Source: Trichosphaerium sp. ATCC 40318 | Lineage: Eukaryota > Protista > Tubulinea | Assembly (NCBI GenBank): GCA_038496445.1 | Contig: JALMLS010000564.1 | Coordinates: 1 to 64,000 of the forward strand | DNA length: 64,000 nt | Direction of reading: 5' to 3' | Shown: positions 55,849 to 64,000 of the stretch, one piece after another | How the letters are laid out: each line of letters opens with the position of its first letter | Numbering within the stretch: position 1 is the stretch's first letter | Made by a program: the position numbers and the translations under genes | Notes under the pieces: model-generated | What the model was told of the DNA's origin: nothing | Seen by the model: the letters and a program-made list of their open reading frames with translations, nothing else | Database searches by the model: none

Positions 55849-58800
55849 CTAGTACTCGTTTTCAAGGACATCGTCCTTGTCTTCGTCTAATGAAACAATA
55901 CTATCGTCACCTGTGTTGTTACTATTTTCTTGTTGTTCAGTGTGATCTACATCTAATAGAACTGGAGGTTCCTCGTTTAGCATGTGAGGTACAGCAACAG
56001 CTTGTCGCTGAGGCTGTTGATGATGTTGTTGATAGTGTCCTTGCTCACTTGGATGTGTTTGAGGACCACTTTGGAAACCTTGTGATGGTCCTTTGTGGCC
56101 AGGTTGTTGCTGATGAAGGGAAGGTTGTGGTGGAAGGTAGCTCGGAGCATCTTGGTTCATTTGATTGTCTAGTACAGCTTGTGGTTGTTCATTAGAAATA
56201 GGTTGCTGTTGATTCTGAAAGTGTGATTGATTGTGTTGTTGGTGCTGAGGACGCTGGTGGAAACCTTGTTGCTGTGGTTGATTATAGTGTTGATATTGCT
56301 GCTGTTGGTGCTGAGGATGTTGTGGATGGTAACCTTGATTACCTTGGTTCATTTGAGGCCCATGATAGCCTTGTGGCGGTTGATTGTATATAGGAGGTTG
56401 TTGATTCTGAACTTGTTGATGGCCGTGCTGAGATTCTCGCCAGTTACCTTGCTGCTGGTGATTGTATTGATTAGCACCTTGATTTAGTGGAATATTAGTT
56501 TGTTGTGAGTGTTGGATGTTGTGATAAGGTTGCGGAGGTCCCTGGTGTTGTTGATTCAGGTGCATACTTGCTCTAGCATTAGGATCCCAACCTTGAGAAT
56601 GTGCTGTTGATGTAGGTAGAATGCTACTTTGAAGATGCTGATTTGGTGCCATACTTGCGCGAGTACCTGGGTGGTGATGTGTCGTTGCTGGATTAGTACG
56701 TAAGACTTGAGGAGGTTGGCTTCCGTTTGTGTAAATTGGGGTAGGTGCGGCAACAGTTTGAATATTGGCTGTTGGAGTATTTCTTAGAATATCTGGCACG
56801 ACATCGCCATGTGGTGTTTGGTTGATGTAATATGTTGAGTCTATAATCATGTTAGTACAACAAGTGTTTAAAAAAGTTTGGAATCAAAAGAACAGCAGAC
56901 GCCAATTGTTTGTATTTTGTGTTCTGCGGGAACAGTAAAAAGGTCATACAAGGTTTGACATCTCCGTATTCGCTACTTTTTATCATGTTGTATGTAACAT
57001 CTGGAGCAACATAGACTTTCTCTTCGCCATCTTTTATTTGATAGTAAGGTATTGTGAAATTGTTTGATTCCGGTATTGGACTACCACAAGTGCAGCAATA
57101 TCTTGTTAAAACATACACCTATTCAGTACATTATATTAGCATACATCTTTTGATTGTATTGAGATGGCACTGCAAAAGAAAACAGAAGAAAGAAATCACG
57201 TGTTTCTCGAAAACATTGCACTAAAAATAGAAAAAATCACGTGGTTCAGAGCCTATTTTAGACATCGAAGCTAATTCCTCCGTTGCATCTTTTTGGAAAT
57301 ACCGATTTTATCAGCAAGATACAATGGAAGGTCTCTTTTAAGGTGTTAAGGATAAGAAAATAAGATAAGAAGCTTGAATGATTCGAGATGTGCTTGTTGT
57401 TTTGATAAACTTGAAAACCTTCCGTAATAAATTGTTGTATGATACTGTGACCACAGATGAGAGCGCTATTAGCACTACAGTTAATGTAGTTTCTATTTTT
57501 CCATCATATCCAATTCCTGTCGTTGAAATCTTAACACCAAACTGAGTGAACAAGTGTCCAACAACTGTTATCTAATAGTATCTGTTTAGTAGACTTGGTA
57601 ACTATAACTATTCTTCTTACTATCCATATAATGTATGCTGTTTGTGTTAGAGTAACACCAGATATGCGCTTGGGTCTTCGATAACGTTTTACAACTAAGA
57701 GAAATTTAGAATGAAACAAAGACCAACAAAAAAAAGTTACTGAACTCGTTTCTTGTTCATCTACTTACTCTGTGCTTTATCAAGCCAATATCTAGAAATA
57801 ACAGCAACAAACAGAAGCAACATTACATGGGGTACCGCAGTGAAGAATAACCAAGCGAAAAGAGCAACACTAGGACAATAAAAACACTCTCGTAGTAAAA
57901 AACCCAAACCTTAAGAGTGAACCGTATCTATCAGCTAGAGGAAAGTCTCCTGGGTCCATACAAGCGTCATAGTCACTAAAATGTTTGGTAAATACTTATA
58001 AGTGTACTAAGTTACATTCTACATGACGTACCTCTGAGTAATCGCTGAACGTAGTTTGAAGAATCGGATGGTTCGAGAAATAGGTGAAACAAATTCAACG
58101 AAATTACCACCAATAATATCAGCAATAGCGTACATCGTCTGTGAATAAACAAGTTAATCCTAGCAAATCCTGTAACACTCCTTTGAAACAACATACAATA
58201 AAGTTACTAAGCTCTTTATAATCCATTGCAGAACTGTCAGAACATAATGAAACACCAGCAACCGTAATACCGAAAACAAACTTTCTTACAGTCATCTTTA
58301 CTATTTGAGCTATATCTATAGCGCTCTGATGGTAATATCTTGAATACCTACTCATTGCTACAACAATATTAAATAAAGAATGTGCATATATAGCTCTGAT
58401 GTACGGACAACACTAAGGTTATAATGCAGCAAGCAATGACGAATTTATGTTAAAAAAACAATTTTTTTTCTCACTTGCCTGCATCAATCTTACCAGCGGC
58501 AACATCAATAAATTTTAAAGCAACCGCCAATAAAAGCTTAAAAGTAAAGGTTCCAAAAGATACATCTTTAGTTGATGCAACTGTGGGTGGTGTTCCCGGT
58601 GGTGGAAAGTAACTAGTGATGTCGTTCTTTACACACTACACAAAATAAAAAAAAACTGGATTTGAAAGATAAGAGGTTAAAAATCGTACTGCTTCAATGG
58701 TTCCAAACTGCAGTATAGAAACTAAGAAAGATCCTAATCCAAGTATAACAATATGGACTATCCATTCCAACAAGGAACGGAAAAATCGTTCAAAAAACCC

Positions 58801-60393
58801 TAATAGAAAGACATTATATTGGAAGTCTCACAAATGTTAAATAATACCAATTGTTTGATTCTTCATAATGAGGTTCTCTGGATGAGGTGCTGGCTTTGTT
58901 ATAAACTTTCTGAAGCAATGTAAGTATAGTATCTATTAGGGAAAGATATAATCAAGACGTACCCTGGACCACTTCGCTTGTACCAAGTTGTAAGACGTGA
59001 ACGATTGCCATCTTTTATACAACTATTTGCTGCAGTTTCGCAATTAAACGTCACATATGCTCTACCATCATATTTGACATCACCCGCATCATATCCACGT
59101 ATTTCTGTACGTATTTTTACAAGCTTAGCACTTAATTCATCTGAAAAAAAAAGCGGTTAGGACAATGAACACCGAAAAGAAAAACTTTCAATGAAAAAAA
59201 AACAGAAAAAGTTGAGGTTTGTTACCTAGTTTATTCTTCTTGCCCTGTTCTTGTTTTCTCTGATGAACCCAATATTTCGATGAAACCTTTTTTTCTTGTT
59301 CATAAACATTGATATATTTCTGGTCACCCATAACAACAGCAACAGCTGCAACTTGACCGTATTTTTCATATATTGTTTTAAGTTTTTCTGGTGCATCATC
59401 TCCCCATTGACGTAGAAGCCTTTCTGGAATATTAGATACGTCCACAGTATACATCTCTGCACTAGGAACAGCCTAAACATAATGTCAATAATCAACATAT
59501 AACCTCATTATCCACTAAAGGCGAATATGGAAAAATCCTCAAAGGAAAAGTTACGCACATTTTCATTTTTTTTCAATCCCGCTGTTCTTGAACGCTCTCC
59601 AATTATAATGACTGCAATAAGCGTACAAAACGTTAAAAATGCATCAACAAAAGGCCACCAATCACGGACAATACCATTGGATTGTAAATTGTTCACTAAA
59701 ACAGTAAAAAATTAGGAACCAATGTACGTACCCCACTTGTTTCAAAGAAAAAAATAATAAAGAAAAGTATACGTACTACTCCATATTGTAGGACTCAGGA
59801 ACATTGCTGATACCCAATGATTAGATGCAGATGATATACTGTATACCTTCATGTTGTATACTGCCAAAGGAAAGCAAACTAGAAGCCACAAACCAGTAAT
59901 AATAGCAAAACAACGCTTGAATACAAAAATAAGTTAACGTTGGGTTTTGTGTTAAACAACTAACAGGTAAAACAAGGAGAATGCAGTACCAGTATAGAAA
60001 AGTAAGAATAAAGGCCAGGAGATAGTTTCTTGACGTTATCCATTGAAAGACCCCATATTGAGTACTGTTCGCGTTTTCTATGTTTTTCTAAGCGTGAGGT
60101 GTCTCTAGCAGGACGTACAAATCATCTTGTAGTTCAGGTTTGTTTTCAACGTCTTCTGGTACAACTATAGCAGTACTCTTGTACTTGTACAAACGGGAAG
60201 CGGCTGCTTTGGCTTTTGCCTATTGTAGCAGTTAATAAATTTGTTTTCCTACGTTTTTGCGCGTTACCAATCGCAGTGCTTCCTTTTTATCTGTCACAGG
60301 CTCTTCTTCCAGTTTTACAAGTGTAAGTGGAGCAAACTCGTTTACAAACCCTGTGCCGCCATGTGGCAGCAAAGTGTCGCGCTCGTCGTCCAT
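55849..60393 (-). CDS. OSCA/TMEM63/CSC1-like mechanosensitive channel with Q/H/P-rich C-terminal tail
   Basis: Starts MDDERDTLLPH. Contains SIEDFSI...YTVDVSNIPE, GRAYVTFN and PAPHPENLIMKN, many TM segments, and a low-complexity final exon (ORF 55849-56850). Confidence 0.75.
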
Positions 60394-60640
60394 TTTTCGA
60401 ACTTTAAAGTGCTAGTTCGCTGGCGTATTCGATTTCTGACACTTTTTAACATGACAATGCTTGACTTGTGCCAAATCCAGGATTTTTCGGTTAATTCCCA
60501 TTCCCACTATCTGTTTGCTACGGAGACAGCTTTACACGTGCTCCACATAGCTTATACACGTGTGTAGAACTCTGAACCAGTTTTTTTTTGAAAACTAGAA
60601 TACATTTTTTTTTATTTATGTTTGATCTTGTTGTTTGTTT

Positions 60641-62340
60641 TTAAAAATACACTTCATCGCAGCATCTGTTTTTCTTTTTAGCGGTAGATAACTCCATACC
60701 AGATTTACGCATATTCTCTTCCAATACAGCTTCAGCCATTGAGTGAAAAATCCTCTTACAGTTGGTCTCATAAAGAGCACAACCGACGTGCGTACACCAG
60801 AGGTTATAACCAGAGAATCTTCTATGAAATCTATGTGCAATATATTTTACGCCTTCTTGCCATGTTTCTACGTTTGTCGCATTTGGAAGACATGCCTGAA
60901 GCTTAGAAGGCTCGAATTTCTCTTTAAACAAGTCCACCTTGTTTAGGTACAGTATAAAAATTGTCTCAGTGTCTGTTAGCGCTTTGTTGCCGGTTACTTC
61001 TTGAAATAAATCCAAAATCTCTTTAGCTCTCGCGCCTGTGCTTTCAGGTACTAAAAAATCGTCCAAAGCTGCCAAGAAGATAATAGCATGTACACCATCA
61101 AAGCAATGAAGCCACTTACGCCTCTCAGACCTCTGTCCGCCAACATCAACAAAATCGACGATTGTGTCTTTACGCTGTATCCTGGTTTGTTTTACGCCAG
61201 TAGTTTTGATCCTAGCACGTAGAATATCATCCCTGGTGGCTTCGTAGTCTTTTCCTGCTATTCGCTAAAGAAAAGTTAGTACGAAGTCGTTCTTATTAAC
61301 CAAAAAGGATAGTAGGGCGTTTCGTTTAGAAAAAAAACATAAAAAGCAACAAACAAAAAGGGTGGTAGTTTGTGGCGTTTTTGTGATACACGGGTAAATC
61401 ACTCGGGTTGTTCGTTTTTCTTCCCGAGAAAACAATACCATTGCCTCGCATATGACAGAAACAAGGTATTGAAGCAAGATGGGATGAAGAAAAGACCAGT
61501 TTGAGAGATTTGACACAATATTTCGTGTAGTATCGGAATACCGCATAATACGTCAAAATAAGAGAAAGCGACGCAAAATGATACCATTTCTTAGCAATCG
61601 CTTGTTGAGGAGTTTGTGAACATGTTTTTTAACGTTCTTGTGTGAATGAAAAATTGATTGCTAACGTACTCTGCAATTGTCGAATAAATAGTCCGTGCAC
61701 CACAACATGTTAGAACCGCGTCGATTTCTACGCCACACAGTTTGTATAGCTTCATGAGCCCAAATTGACTCGAAATACTTTATTGTGTTATCATCCCACT
61801 CTTCCATCTAAAAGCCACACGGTCAGAACCATGTGAATGTTTTAAAGAGAAAAATCGCCAAGTGCAGATTTGTAAGAGGTACGAAAAAGTAAAAAAGTGT
61901 TAAATTACTGCGTTTCTACCTCATCCATTTCTGTTGTTATTTTCGACAAGTATTTATCGTATGGCTCGTCGTTTTGTAATTCTTGTTTCGCTAATTCACA
62001 CAAGGCTGTAGCGCTTTGTATCAGATTAAGCCTAACGACCCTATACACGTGTGAGACATACGTTGTACGTATTTCGTCATACCTGGAGAGAGCCTTTACG
62101 TGAGTCGCTTCAAATTTACCGTTCGTATAAACCAGCTGTTTCAAAAAGGTAGTTTTCCCGCTGTTACCCGCCCCAAGTAGTAAGGTGCGGACCGGTGGGG
62201 CTTGTTTTCGTTCATGAGCGATAAACTTTTGTATCGCGTTGTGCGCTTCGTTCTTTTGGCTACCTGTAGTATTGTTAATCACTTTGCTCGTAAATCGATG
62301 TTTTGGGCTCCTGGAACGCACCTCCGAAACAACAACTCAT
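60641..62340 (-). CDS. Heterotrimeric G-protein alpha subunit (divergent)
   Basis: Starts MSCCFG|GSQKNEAHNAIQK. Contains LLLGAGNSGKTTFLKQ, DDILRARIKTTG, DVGGQRSERRKW, ILYLNKVDLF and THVGCAL. Confidence 0.93.
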
Positions 62341-63195
62341 CAAATGTATTATCTAACCATGTAATAGAAGGGAGGTGTTGTTGCTGCAAAGCTTTTTAGG
62401 AGTTCTTTTTGGTACTGGCGTTAAGTCAAAACGATCAATTGTAAATAAAATGCCATTTTTACTGTTTTGGATTTGTTTTATCTGCAATGAGTATACTGTT
62501 ACACACGTTTGTACCAGCGTTTTACAACTTTTATCTATTTTGTACTGGCTGTGCAGTATATTGCAATCACTACATTCTAGAGGTAACCACGCGTTCACCA
62601 AGGATAAATGGGTACCTTTGGCTATATTAGTACGCCAGAAATTAATTGTTTGGGCGAAGATGCATTCAAAAAGGAGGTGCTTTACAGATGCAACTCAGTA
62701 TCTTTCCTTTGCTAATACAAGAACTGAAATAGCGTTTTATTTTGTTACGGATCGCGTTAACAATTTTCTGTTACAGAAATTATTACGGCAGACAAAGTAC
62801 GTTTTCATCTCGGTTCTGTAGCCGTACGAAAGACGAATTGCACTTTTAACTTATGAACTCGCTGGTGTCACCTACTCGTTCTACAACTACCTCAATACGA
62901 GCACCGCACGTAGAGATACCGTACGCTTACTCCGCTAGGCGAAAATGCTCGGAGGGCGTTTAGATCTCCGTTGGGACTCAACAAAAAAATAATATTATCA
63001 AACAAATTTCGCTCATGTCGGCCCTATTGAAACCGCCTTACCGCTTATAGTGATTATATTGGAAATATTTATCGAAAAGGTTTGGTTGCGCGACAAGAGC
63101 GCGGCATAAAAATAAACCACGTGCACACAAAATTCAGGTAATTTTCCCTTCACAAAAACCGCTAAGCACAATCTAATAAAAACACTTATTACATC

Positions 63196-64000
63196 ATGCA
63201 ACGCCTCTTCTCCCGTAACCAACAATGCGAAACACGCTCTCCAATCTTTGATGACCACACTGGTGATACCGGACATGGCAAGCCTCAATCTCTTGAGCCG
63301 AAGACCAAACGAGCCAATGTAGATGACCTCGAAGCTGTGGTACGTTCTGTTTGCTAACGATTACATTTGTAAACTGAAAAACCGAACTACCGTTTTAATA
63401 CAGTGAAACTGTGTTAAAATCATCTTTGTAATGACGATACTGACTCCCGCGCGTAGAACGACAAACCAGGTTTTTTCTCGAAATCGTGGTCTCACCTCTT
63501 TAACCGCGAGGCAGCATACGCCCGACTGACGTGCGGAGAGGAAGAAAATCTAATAGCAAACAAATAAAAAGAAAAACCACACCAGACATTTGTACATAGT
63601 GGACTAAAACAAAAAAAAACCCTTTGTAAAGGCCAATAAAATAAACTGGCGCCATATCTTATTTCTTAGACTTTTTGTTGAATGATTTCTGGCAGAGTTC
63701 AGGTTAGGAGTTTTTGTAGTTTTGAACTTCTCTCAAAACGCCATTCCTGACTTGTCAGCAATCATTTTATGGCTGGAGTTTAATGAAATCACGCACTCTC
63801 TGTTCGTTCCGCACAAAATGAAAAGAAATCTGGTATTGGTTTTTCCCTTTGCTTGAAACAACGTACTGATAGGTAATTTACATTTATTCGCCTGTTTACA
63901 TCCTATGCATGTTATTTGTGCGTTTACTTCATTTACACATCATGGAAACTTTCGTTTATGCTTCTTACTGGATGCGTAGCTATCGGATCTAGACTTTGAA
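63196..64000 (+). CDS. 5' end of a gene running off the window; possible LD-motif (paxillin-like) N-terminus
   Basis: Exon 1 MQRLFSRNQQ...ANVDDLEAV ends at a GTACGT donor (63340). A probable acceptor near 63979 gives LSDLDFE. Confidence 0.4.
63681..63766. other. 86-nt imperfect hairpin inside a long putative intron (structured RNA candidate)
   Basis: Nested stems AATGATT/AATCATT, CTGGCAG/TTGTCAG, TCAGG/CCTGA and GTTTT/AAAAC. Confidence 0.45.

Noticed and set aside
62375-63288. ORFs 62375-62821 (+) and 63013-63288 (-)
   Set aside because: They show no domain signal. The first has a non-ATG start in AT-rich intergenic DNA, and the second is antisense to a better plus-strand exon.

Overview
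This window is eukaryotic nuclear DNA from a compact, AT-rich (about 35% GC by eye), intron-dense protist genome. Introns are mostly 45-80 nt, with GTACGT/GTAAGT/GTATGT donors and CTAAC/CTGAC branch points. Gene content (class C GPCRs, DRP5/Dlp-type dynamin, Tom7) is consistent with an amoebozoan, but that is inference. The ORF track fragments almost every gene, so I rebuilt about 21 protein genes by hand-splicing. In order: an unknown partial gene; two convergent class C GPCR paralogs flanking a WD40 gene; a PA-domain membrane protein; a beta-helix surface protein; USP; a 4-exon TOM7 absent from the ORF track; HROB; a STE20 kinase; CLYBL; an intronless F-box-like/MORN-variant gene; a LIM+RCC1 protein; a Zn-finger PARP; an arylsulfatase; DRP5-like dynamin head-to-head with PMS2; a pectin-lyase-fold secreted protein; an OSCA/TMEM63 channel; an atypical G-alpha; and a partial gene. 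The most interesting signals are non-coding: (1) two candidate H/ACA snoRNAs in tandem, one predicted to guide a peptidyl-transferase-centre pseudouridine, behind two TAACCCTA boxes; (2) strong over-representation of CACGTG; (3) at least 7 frame-required GC-AG introns; (4) a 101-bp copy of a PMS2 intron-exon junction 45 kb away; (5) a 5'-truncated non-LTR retrotransposon with TSD and (GTAAA)n tail; (6) an 86-nt intronic hairpin. All gene models and counts were done by eye; no searches were run.
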